From contig JALJEE010002179.1 of assembly GCA_023231475.1 (NCBI GenBank), positions 1-37,863 on the forward strand: 37,863 nt of DNA, in the 5' to 3' direction. A program made the position numbers and the translations under genes. This DNA comes from Seison nebaliae (lineage: Eukaryota). Below, piece after piece: positions 23,676 to 36,233 of this stretch (its first letter is position 1; each line of letters opens with the position of its first letter). The notes beneath the pieces were generated by a model. That model saw nothing but the letters and a program-made list of their open reading frames with translations, did no database searches and was not told the origin of the DNA.

Positions 23676-24301
23676 ATGAATGAGGTATTAGAATTTTTGA
23701 CCCACACTGAAGATAAATTTTCCAAGAATATGGACATTGATTTTAACCTAGAAAATGAAGAGAACTATGAAGATAGAGATTAACAATATAGGACCGATGA
23801 TGATAATGAAGACGAAGATGATTCTAATGAAGATAATAATGAGGATGATTACGAAATTGATATCTCACAAATTGCAATTCGAAATGAAGGTTCGAGATCG
23901 ACAACTTCAAAGAACGAAATAAATGCTGAATACGTTGCAGAAATGCAACATTGGTGCAATACGAAGAAATTGGGTTGGAATCCTTGACGTTTCAAATGAC
24001 AATTGCCAATAACGGTTCCCTCCTTCCTAAAATGATGTTGATACTGCGTGAAGCATCAGGAGAATTTGGGCCAATTGTATCGAAAAACCTGATAATACCA
24101 TCCAATGGCATGTTATTTGCGACCAGATCTGGAAAATCTATATCATCACTTTTCCTTCAATGCTTTTCCAGAATCGAAGAAAATAGATCTTTTTCATTTG
24201 ATGAGAATTCATTCATTAGTTGCAGTTGGTGTGAAAAATATTTTTGTTTTTATCATTTTTTTAATCTGACTCATTATCATAAAGCTTCAGTTCAGCAATA
24301 A
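23676..24301 (+). mobile_element. Internally deleted pogo/DDE_1-like transposase remnant
   Basis: Acidic N-terminus with in-frame TAA (23781), frame switch near 23982, then TFQMTIANNGSLLPKMMLILREASGEFGP..FATRSGK joined almost directly to a terminal FISCSWCEKYFCFYHFF..H motif. Confidence 0.65.
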
Positions 24302-24700
24302 ATAAACCAGATTCTTGATATTTTATCAGATTTTTTTGTTTGGAAATTTTTAGATTATTAAAATAATGACCTTAAGCGAAATTATAGTTCACCTTTAACC
24401 TTAAGTTCTTAAATTTCATAATTAAATTGTGCACATAATATGCACCGTCCGTCATAAATAATGCAGTTTTATTATGCAAATTCTGAGGTTTATCTGAGGC
24501 GGACATTAAGTATAGTTCCCTTGTGAGAAGATTACCACTCCGCTAATTAACAACAACTAACATTCACATTATAAATGGAATTAATACCTTACCTTCTCTG
24601 AACTTGTTCATAAAACTAACGTTAAAATTTTATTATAACACCTAAGGATTATTATTCTAACATTGGTATAACATTATCAAATAGATTTACATTTAAGTAA

Positions 24701-25360
24701 TCATATGAGAGAAGATTTCCATAAAAACATTAAATGAAGAAAGTTGGATAAAAGTGCCATTAAAACATATATTAAATGTTCTGTTAAAACATTGAAGAAA
24801 GGAGGTAAAATAAAGATTCCATAAAAAAATACAGTAAATTTTCCATTAAAACTTCCATTTAAAATTAAACCGACCAATAGAATTGCCAAAGTAAAACATT
24901 GATAAAAGTAAAATAACCATATAAACGTTAAAATGACAAAAAACACTAAAGTATCGATATAAACAGTAAGTAATAAAACATAACACACAACATAGAATAA
25001 AATAAAATGTTCATTTTTTCTTGTAAAGGTTTTATTCTTCTATAATTTCCGATTCAGGTTCATGTAGCTGTTGAACTCGACGTTTGCGTAATAGTGATGG
25101 TAGTTTTAAACCGATCACATTCATCATCACTAGCGTAACCACAATCACGGACATTCCAGCTAATATGAAAGAAAACATAACTTTCAAACTCAAAGTAGTA
25201 TGATAACTAGAAATGAAATCTAAAATCAAACTGTTTTTATTAATTTTCGAAGAGAATTTATTTTTTAAATCCAAATTTTACTAACTAAAAACAATTAATA
25301 ACGAAGTTTGGTCATCGGACAGTTTGATCATCCAAATTCTACAGTTGAGGACAGGTTGGC
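24701..25360 (-). pseudogene. Decayed or unresolved membrane-protein gene, copy B
   Basis: Fragments NLSSTVEFG*SNCPMTK, TLVMMNVIGLKLPSLLRK, FILPPFF; 25095-25138 matches 22945-22988 at 37/44 nt; limits approximate. Confidence 0.5.
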
Positions 25361-26661
25361 ACTTGTATGGGTCACATGAAAGGACAAAACTTGTCCTTCA
25401 ATCCTATAACAATATCTAATTACTACAGTAACACACTACAGAGAGTAAATATATTAACTCGTGCGTTTGAGCGTTTGAAGATATCAATATTCTTCCTCAT
25501 TACATAGACAAGGTCAACTCTCTGTTGTTCACTCAAATGACCGATTAACAAACCATGTAACATCGGTTATAATTATAATTGACGAAATTACGAATATGCT
25601 CATTAAAGATGATGCTGAACAGTTTTTTTTTCATGATACATTATCCCGTCATGGAAATTATGGAAATCTATCTGACAACAATTGTGAGATCACATCTTCT
25701 ATTCCAATGAAAAGGAAATGATCACATATTTATCGTTAACTATTATGTATATGTAAGTTTTATTAGTCCATCTTTCAAGTTTAAACATGTTTATTTTGAT
25801 TTGATATTTTGATTTTTGAATTTTCGATTTTCGATGATATTATCGATTATAAATTATATAAAATGATTCTGGTTTTATTCTTCTCATTTAAATTGGATAA
25901 ACGTGAATAATTCTTAATAGAGAACATCCAAAAATTAATGAAATTTATTAAAAGAAAGATAAAAAAGGGAAAGAAAGAGGAAGAAAGATGATCAGATCAG
26001 ACAGGAAGAGATCACGAAGATATCGGTTAGAGGACGTTTTGTATTTTAAAATGAAATAAAAGAAATGACAGATGATGAACTTAAAGAAGAAAAGAGAAAA
26101 AGTAATCATTAAAAAATGTTAAAAATTGATTTGTAATAAAAAAAAAGAAGTGGGGAAAAACAAAAAAAAAAGAAGAAATAAAATTTACGAAATGTATTAG
26201 AGAATGTATAACGATAAGAAAAAAAAATATATTCAGGAATTGGCAAGAATATTATATTAGAAAGAAATTTATTCAAATGATGGACATGATTATTCTTCCA
26301 TCCACTTGAAATTTCATGAGGTTAACGACGACGGTCGATCCGATTGTCGAATGTTTTTTCTCCGATTTTTCTTTTTGTACACGAAAGAATTATTATTTAA
26401 CAAATTTACAAAAAAAACTGGAGCTGCAATTAAGTTCGGGATGAATTTAATGTCAAATAAAAAAATTTGGAATATTTGTTACAAAGAAAGAAAGAAAAAA
26501 ATAGAAAAATTTGCAGAAAATAGCAAAAATTTAAAGAAAAACATCTCTTACGTTCTTTTTCCTCTTCTTTCAACAAGAAAATGTTCCTATGGTAAATTTG
26601 AATGAAGAATTTTCGTGAGAAATTAGAAATTATTATAAAAATTGAATTTATTAAACAGATT

Positions 26662-29600
26662 TCATTCAACGACCATCGATTCGTTCGATTCACTTGATTC
26701 AAAAAGGAATTTCTCAACTTCTTCTCCAAATTTTGAGTCGGACAAAATAGTTTTTTTCTAAATAAATCGATTAAAATTGGAGGAATGAATAAAAGAAGAA
26801 ATAAACATTGAATGAATCGAGATCAAATTGAACACTAAATTCATGGAGACGTCTTTCGAAATAATTGAGAATGAATTGAGATGAAACGTTCAATTGAGAT
26901 AAGAGATAAATTTGATGGAATAATTCCGTCAATTGATTCTCATATGATTGTTGATGTTTCAACAATTGACGACATTTATCTGCACCATTTTTCTCACAAA
27001 TAATCTGCACATCCTTCGTATCGATATCGACAATAATACATAATGTCAATGTATTTTCCATTAATTTGGAGAGATTTGAATAACCGTTTTTCATGGTATT
27101 CATTTGATAATTATCGAGAGAATCTTCATCTTTAATCGAATTATTATTGAATGCAGATAATCGATAAACACGTGATGCAATAGCTTGGAATAAAATTTCC
27201 TTCTGTTTCTCTCTTGGGAGACAATTGAGCGCTTCAATATAACGTTCATCGATTTGTTGATCTTTCGCCAATTCGTCTCGTTTGAAACGAACACCTTGTA
27301 AAACGAAATCGAACAGATACATTTTCAATTCTTCATGACATGATACAATTAATGGATGACTAATAATTTTCTCTTTCTTTTTCAAATTATCATCATCAAT
27401 AACAATATCATCATTATCATTATCATTACCATCATTCATTGTAATTGTTTCCGTTTCGATATTTGATGAATCGAATAATTTCATTTCGATATCTGAATCA
27501 TCAGACGTTGTCATTTCATTCTCGTTCGATTTCGGTTCAATGACATTCGTCGTCAATTCGTCCATATCAACGAAAATAATTTTTCGATTATTTTTCAAAT
27601 TAATTCCATTAAATCTCAAATTTTGCTCCTCCAATAATAACGTCTCATTATCTGATTCACTCGTTATGGATTGAGGATTGATATTTACACATTCTTCTGA
27701 TGGTTTTGATGCGGGCGAATATGACATCTGATATGAGGCCTTACCATCCGATGATGGATTTGATGATTGACATCGAATGAAATAAGAGAAGAAATAAATG
27801 AATTGATTCACTTTCTCAATATCATCACCGACAATAGTCAAACGAACTGATCGTCGAGGATAACCAGAGAACAATGAATATAATTGACAATATTGGAGAC
27901 ATGATAATGGATAACGATTCTTCTCCGGATCGTCATATTCCACTGGATAATTATTGAAGAGATTCGTCGTTTCTTGCCATGTTCGATGTAGTAGAAGAAG
28001 AACAGATAAAGATTTGGATAGAAGGAAATTATTAGGAGATGAATTGAAAGAATAATGAAGATTCAATAAAATTTTAATAAACATCGATTGATAATTGAAT
28101 TTGACAGAAAGTGGATTTAATTCACATAACCAAAATGGATAAATTAATGGTCTTGCCATCAACAAATAACGAAATTGAGAAGTGAAATATATTTCGATAC
28201 AAAAAAATCGTTTAGTTTCATCGAGAAGAATTTCGATTTGTTCTTTCGATGAACCATTCGCATGAAGATTCGTTAAAGAAGTAAATTGATCTAATTCCTC
28301 ATATGATACTCGATAAATTGATGGAACGAGTTGTATCAATTTATTTCGATATTCCATCATAATATTTTCGATGAGTGGCAAATTAGTTAAAATAAATTGT
28401 TCATATTTCGTTCGATAACGAGGGGAACATTTGAGAAGGAAAATAAAACCAATTCGATAACCCATCGTTCTGATTTTTGATGTTACTTCCAATTTTGTTG
28501 TCGATCCACATTGTCTCATCCAAACACGTCGCCATGATGCCAATGATGTGTTCGTACCGGAATATGTTTGATTTGAATATAATTTTGGAACGATATCGAG
28601 ACAAAGACGACAAGCGTCTTTCTTCCAAAATAACCAAATCTCATTATTTTTCTCCGAATCGATTCGAAGACAACAATGACAATTTTTCGAAATTTCCGTT
28701 ATCAAATCCGTACTCGTCGATGTTAGTTGATGAGGGAAAATCTCCTCACTATTCTCCGATGTGGATGTTGTTGTTGTTGTTGTTGTTGTTGAAGTAGGTA
28801 AATTCAAATCAGTCGTCGATGAAGTCGTGAATGATGGAGGAATAATAGTTGATGAAAATTGTTGTTGTTGTTGTTGGAGGATGTTGGACGAATTGTTACA
28901 ATTCAAATTAAATATTCGATTTCCATCAGAATTGATAGAAATTATCGAATCATCATTTCTCTCTATATCATCCCATAAAATCTGTCGACGTTGTTGTTGT
29001 TGTTGATGATGTTCGTCTTGCTCTTGTAATAATTTTTTTTGACGATGTAACGTCTCCAACTTCTTCAATTGATTACGACGATGAAGTGTGGGAAAGATGG
29101 AATTGAGTTCTGATGTTCTTTCATCAATCGATTCTTTTCCCATTGTGGTAAATGTGGAAGAATTGGTAAATGAACTATTTTTCTTCTTTTCAACTTCTAA
29201 ATTGTTCTCCATTTTATTCTCACATAATGAATTGAATGATGCTGGAGTGGTCGTCCTAGTAGAAATTGTCAAATTTGTTGAAAGTGGAGAAGTTGTCGGA
29301 CAAATTTTCGATTTCTGTTCAGTCATTAAAAGAAATTTCGATTTTTCACTCATTTTCGATTTTCCTGGAATTTTTATCGTTTCTTTTGATCCAACTTTTT
29401 TCATTTGACATTGTTGCGAATTGGTAGCGATATTTGAATTCGATTTATTTTTTGGTGGTAATTTATTGGAACGATTTCGATTATTAAAAGCGATACATTG
29501 AGAGAGACAGAAAAGGAGACCATTCGATTCCTCAGTGAGAACATGTTGATGTAAAGTCGATCCATAATCAGCATTCGATTCTGAATTGAAAACGATCGTT

Positions 29601-29947
29601 GCGTAATGATCATGTTCTTTCTTCAACAATTCACAACGTCGACGATCGAAAGAAAAAGGAGCAGATTCGTTCACAAAAATCTTTGGAAATGTTCCACTCG
29701 TTTTTGACGAATTCAACAAATTACTTCTCAATAACGTCAAATAACAATCGGAGTCGTAGAGAGTGAAACATTTCGAATTTCTTCTCTTCAAATAAACAAT
29801 ACATCGAATCTTATTCAATATCGATTCATACCATCGATTCTCATCTTCTTCTTCCAACTCTCCCTCTTTCTCTTCCAACACAATCGACGAATTGTCAAAA
29901 ATGTTATTTGTCAACAATTTCTTCTCTTCTTCACTATACGAATTCAT
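26662..29947 (-). CDS. FNIP: Folliculin-interacting protein; exons 29947-26807 and 26757-26662 (an upstream exon is possible)
   Basis: IRCIVY..LYDS, LLLHRTW, RRSVRLTIVGDDIEKVNQFIYFFSYFIRC, YLFDFVLQG, LCIIVDIDTKDVQI, SSQFILNYFERRLHE match FNIP N/M/C blocks; 49-nt terminal intron. Confidence 0.88.
28763..29010 (-). repeat. (CAA/ACA)n coding microsatellites giving poly-Thr and poly-Gln tracts in FNIP
   Basis: Three runs of (TTG)n on the plus strand near 28766, 28860 and 28990. Confidence 0.8.
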
Positions 29948-32900
29948 GTCTCTTCCATCTCTAAAAATTAATTAAAAACAATAAACTATTTTCTTCTTTC
30001 TAATTTTAGAATGAAAAAAAAATATTTTTGAAAATTATTCTTTTTTTCTCAAATTTTTTCTTCTAATTTAAATATGAATGAAATTCTCTTTTTTATATCT
30101 TTCTTAAAAAAAAATTTGAGAATAAAATAAATATTTGATTTTTTTTTGTAAATCTCACTTGTTGTCATAGAAACAGTAGTTTTTTGTGGTTGAAATGACA
30201 AAAATGAAATTAATCTGGAAAAAGAAAAGACATGTCTATTCTTTTTTTCAGTTATTTAGTTTAATTTATTTTCAAAGTTCAAATAATAAATTCTGTTAAT
30301 AATGAACATTTGAGATGACTTGAAGAAGAAATAATGTTCCATTAAAAAATGATTCACATTTAAAAATACATCTGACTCACAATGCGGAGGATGATATCTG
30401 TGTGGGTGTCATCCACATGATTCATAAAATTCTCAATTCTCAAATAATAAAAGTTCAAATTTTCACTTCTCATATGAACAAATTTCATTTACTTAAATTC
30501 GTTCACGAATTGAAAGAAAATATGATAAAGATAAAAATTTTGTCATTAAACTCAAATTGATAGATGATGAATGAGAGAGGAAGGAACAAATAGAAATTTT
30601 ATTTAGAGATCCAAAAAATTTTTTTGATTCATTCTAACACGAACTTATATTATCGCACCCTTAATCAGATGTTGGTGATATTATTGATAATTCATCTTTG
30701 GAGAATTACCAGTTGTTATGCAGCAATGAATATAAACAATTATTACACATCATATTACAAATGTCTAAAGTTGTAGTTCTGAATGAGATAGAACAGAAAT
30801 ATTTGTTGTCTTTATCAACTTTATTTTCTATTTCTTCTTTAATAAAGGGCGTAATACTATTATACATACACACATCATCTACACTTACATCTCTGTCGAC
30901 ATATCTCTTCACAGCTGACATACACATTCCGTTCTTGAACACAATTTCTCAATTATATTCTTCAAATTCGTAGCCTTTCATCTAATGCAATTTTTCGAAT
31001 TTCTATCATATCTGTCCAGATTTACGGGTTAACTCCTCGACTGCACTCAACTTTATGTCTGTCGTAGAAAAGTGGATAGCTGGGAAAAAATCAGTTTCAT
31101 TTCTCTGTTATTCTTTTCATCTCGTCTATTTTCGTTGTTCAATTATCGGACACGTGCTTATTAGAAGAAAGGAATACAAACAAAATTTTGATTCATCTTT
31201 TATTTGCTCCTATTCAAATTTGAAAGACATCCCTTTCATTTATTATCATTATCTTATCATTTACTGTTCTATTAATAAAAAAAATTATCTGTTAAAAAAT
31301 CCTAAATTGAATTCAAACTACTAAGCTTGTCGTGACGATAAATGTGAATATTAAAATGTTTAATTTTTTATTTGTTTTTCCTAAAATGTTAAGGTTTTAC
31401 TAACAATTACATGTAAAATATTTTCAAATCATTTTACAAAACATTTATTAAACTTAATATTAAATCAATTATGTGATTATTTAATCATTAGAAATTTCTA
31501 AATTTCGAAAATTAACAGTACTTTGTGGATAAAATTTTCTATATCTAAAAGTAAAACTAACTTAAGTAAAAAAAAATTTTAAGACATTATCGGAAATTTG
31601 TTTAAAGTGATTTGTTTAAACTTTTTTAAAGATATTATTAATTAGCTTAATAAATCATAATAATTGGTTCAGTAAATGGAATAATTATTGTTTTAGTACG
31701 AATGTTATGAATAAATATAGTTTTTGAAGTTTTTTGCTCTACTATTTTATTAAGAGTGTTCCGGAATACGAAGTTCTTCAAACGATTTGAGTTTGAATTG
31801 AGAAGAAATAAAATGTTTTCTTCTAAACAATATTAGGTTTTCTTCGATTGGACTGTTGATTTAGGGGAGCATGAAATAATAAACAAGAATGACAAGTTGT
31901 GGGGAGGAGTAACATTCGTATGGTTGACGAATTAATCACTTAATAAGAAGAGAAGAAGAATAAAAGAAGAAACAACCGTAGGTGAAATCTTAAAATGATT
32001 TGGTTGAATCTCTCTTGTTTAAACTATGTGAACCAAACGATGACAAGTAAAAGCAATTGAGTGAAAGAATGAGGAATTTCGCCTCGTTCTTTCGATAAGT
32101 GAGGGGGACTTGACGAATAAAACAAATATCTAAAAATTCACTTTCGTACACGTTTCTTCACATTTTAACTACATTTGGAATTGATTCATGGTTGCAGAAA
32201 GAGGAAATGTCAATTGTCTACACAATTCCCAAGAGATTCATGTAACATTTCCACATATTAAATTTCATTCGATAAAACAAAAATTTTCATTTGACCATTC
32301 TTTTCTTGATAAGATTTTGTCGATCCTTTTGGGAAAGGTATCAATGGAAAATATCAGAGACGAATGTTTCTGAAACATCGTCTTCAATTGAGGAAACTAT
32401 GATTTGCTGATGGAATTATTCATGTTCGTTGTTATGTTGAATTGGATTGTTTGGAAGAGAAAGAGAATTAACGAGAGATTTCTTACATTACCGACAAAAG
32501 GTAAGTAGTCTCATTAGGAGTAGTAAGTGCATAAACGAAAGGAGAATGAAGGAGAATTGATTGAGTTGATGTTTGTTCGATTGAACGTTAGTTATTGTCG
32601 AGATTTTTATCGTAAGAAACTTAACACGTCCGTTTGATTATTATGGAACAAAATCATTATTCCATTCAGCCGACGATTAGTTGATGAGAGCAGTCGAATT
32701 GTGTACATTCTCTTTTGTGTGCTCTCCCTCGAAACTTTCCGACTACGACGTCAAATATTTCGTCTGCACTTAAACATGATAATAGTATGTCGGACATGCA
32801 TATCGATGCGATTGGCGAAAACATAAACAAATGGAAATAATGAGCGGGAGAGAATTGGGAGAGTAAAGTACAAAATCGTTACGGTCTTCATTAGACGATT

Positions 32901-35900
32901 GAGACTCATTATCGATTTTTCTCCTTTCTTCACCTCAACACAAAAAAATGAAATGAATTCCAATTTTCATTTTATGTTTTCATCACTTTAATCATTGTAA
33001 TTAGAGGATGAATTATTCACTACCAATTCACTTTCTCCTTTTGTCAAACGATTAAAACTTCAAGAAAGTATCTCAACAAATTCGTCTTCCTCAACAACTT
33101 CTAATATATTCCCAATGATTCATTCAGAATTTCTCTCAGAAAGTTTCAGTTGTTTGTTTTATTCAAAAAAAAATGATATTCGTTTCAATGAAAATCAGTA
33201 GAAAAATGATGAATTTCAATTATAACATAAGTTGAGAGTTATTTGTATGAGAGGATTTAGATAGAATCAATCTGATAGATAAATGAGTAGATCGAATAAT
33301 AAACAAGGAAAGGATTGACTTGAGGAGAGCTGGAGGTAAAACGAACAATTATCGTATGCAGATGACTGTTTAGATATTCGGTTAATCTGGTCGTCGAATT
33401 ATTCGAATCATATTATTGATTATCACGAGTAAGCGATAATATTCGAAGAACTTTCCTTCGAATTTCCTCTCCATTAATGTGCGTGATAGTGAAAGAAAAT
33501 AGATTGATTATTCTCTTATTGTTTCCACTGATGGAATTAGTTCGTTTACCAATATGTCTCCTATCTCATTAATAAAAGGGGAAAAGGCATTTCATGTAGA
33601 TGGGGAGGAGAGAATGGATCGTTTCTTTCTTTCAAATTAGAGTTTGATTCCGTAAACAAATAAAAGAACAATTTATTCATATTTATGGAATTCTAGCGAT
33701 TAACGACGTCTGTCTAAGATTTCATTTAACTTATCAATTTCCTTTGGACAATAGAAATTTTAGATTTTTCAATTAGTTTCTTAATGTTGTCTTCGTAAGA
33801 GATATGGAAGGATTGCTACTCATCCTCAAAATGATAAAGAAGTAACCATATATGATGACTGAGATGATTTGTGTGAAGTGAAGATTCTTCATTGGAAGAA
33901 GGAGCGATTGATATATTATAACGATGTCTGTATGGCAACACCTGTTTAATTAGATTCTTATCTTTTCTAACTATTTATGGATATCTATTTCATCTTATTT
34001 TCTTCCCCCCAATTTTCTCCCACTATCGATGTGAATTAGATTAATTAAGAGACATCTTATACACTACCACCAAACTTTCGTCAACTGATGATAAGAAGGC
34101 AATGGATAATGACGACAATATACTTGAACAAATCATAGAGAAAACTCAATTCCACAATCAGGCTATTGACGTGATGATATTTGGAAATCTCTTGTCGCAT
34201 GTTCCCCTTTCTCTCTCAAAAGTTGAGTCAATCTCATATTTAATCAGATTTTGCCGCTCATTCTCCTTTCATCAACTTCTTCATCATCTCCTCATCAACA
34301 TTCGTAAGTCGAATATGAAATGATATTAAATCATTCAACATGTCTGACACTTGTACTTTCTAGATATGGAAACATCATCCAAATCTAACGATTGTACTTC
34401 CATCAACACCCAAATCTTATTTCATCTTCTTTCAACTTACAACATTTATTTAACATTTCCTCTTTCATCTCTGAAATTAATTCATTTCAATTCAATTTCA
34501 TGATATTCTCATCGACAGTACCTAATTCAACTTCATAATTCTCTCCCACCGACAAATATTCTTTACACATCGGGGAATCAAAGTCTTTGGAAAGGACATT
34601 TCCCTGGGTAGTTCCCCTATTGTTGATCCATGAAACAATCTTTCATGTTAATTCGTTTCAGATAGACAGAAAATATTTAAATTCATTTTTTTCACTCAAT
34701 CATTGTAAATTGGGTGTGAGAATAAAACGTAAAATTTTTCGTAGAATTTGAAATGAGATGAGAAGAAAAAGTGATTTTTGGAAGAAATTCCATTTATTGT
34801 GTTAATGTGAAAATCAAACTATGATAATTCGAAGTGAAATAAGTGGAGTCGATAGATTAGTTATTGATGGCCACAAAACTACCTGATGAACTAATGATAA
34901 TTATCGGAGTAAGAGATCATGTCGATTAAGAGAAGAAATCCGAGATTGGTAAGTGGAACAGTGGTAAGTGTGTGAGATGGTTATGTGGAAGTGGCGAAGA
35001 GGAGGATGTTGAGGAATAAATAATTATTTGAGGGTGAAGTTAGATTGTTGAAAGATGGAATTAAGCCCTAAAACAATATGATTGACGTCCGTTTGCACAC
35101 TAATTTCGTTCGTGTTAATTAACATTTCATTCGAATGCTATATCGTTTATCTCTCCTATGAATGCTATGAATTCTAATGAAACATAACTGCAATGAGAAG
35201 TGCTGTGCATCAACATGTTCATCCGAAGTTGATCTGTGTAAAGTAAAGAAGAATCACTAATATCTTCCATTAACTGCTACTACTACTACTCTGGCTGGTG
35301 TTACAGTGATGATCTCTATTTTCATTAACAAGTCGAAAAAAGAATGATTGCGCGCACACCGGATGAGCAAATAAGAAAAGTTGTTCAGTAAATAAATGAT
35401 AATGTCCATATAATTCTCCTCTCTCGTTCATCGCAACCTTTTTCTTTTTACAATCTGACTTTCCTTCTTTTCCCATCGAATGTAAGTGAATTGGGAGAAT
35501 GAATATTTGCATATATTGTGATCTATGTTAGATTGGTATGCTTACATTAGAATGTTATTGATAATGTTTTAGTAGTTGAACGATCTTTTATTGTGTTAAC
35601 TAACTACTTCTTGAACATTGTTTCATTCGTTTTCTCCTCTCTCTCATCTCTTTGGTGATGTTAAGTATTTATTGTTGACTAGATGTGTGCATCATCAGGC
35701 TTCACTTCAGCAATCTCTCCTGTTTGGGAGAGAAAGGAGAGAAATGGAGGAGAAAAGAAAGGAGGAATAAGAACGTGAAAGAACATAGTTATCGAATGAT
35801 CGTTGATGTATTCATTGCCGCCTATTTATGAGTGTTTGGCAAACATGCTACTTCGAACAGCAATTCATTCTCATTTTGTATGTTTAATGTTAATTTCTTC

Positions 35901-36233
35901 TCGTTCTTATGTTCCCGTCATATATTTGAAAAAAGAAATTCGAAAGTTTCTTCTACTTCTTCCAACTATAAATCATTCGGAAGTTACTTCCCATTGACGA
36001 TGAGTCTCTAAATGAGGTTCATCGGGAGGGTAGTGGAAGTGTGGGGAATCGTTTACATTCTCCTCTTCAAGTATTTGAGTTCTTCATCGGAAACATCCTT
36101 CCATTTCTTCCATCATCTTTCCCCTCTGTTTTCGTTGTAATCTGATTGGTGTATGTTTTCTCTTGTGCAGTTTTTCCTTTCCGCATCTTGTGAATTAAGA
36201 AAAGAAGAATTCTTTTTTGTTGTTAAACAGAAA

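Noticed and set aside
28401..29613. Antisense and alternate-frame ORFs within FNIP
   Set aside because: By-products of the long coding exon and its triplet repeats
30698..31324. Overlapping ORFs, including a Cys-containing minus-strand frame
   Set aside because: No recognisable motif, interrupted upstream frames and no supportable exon structure
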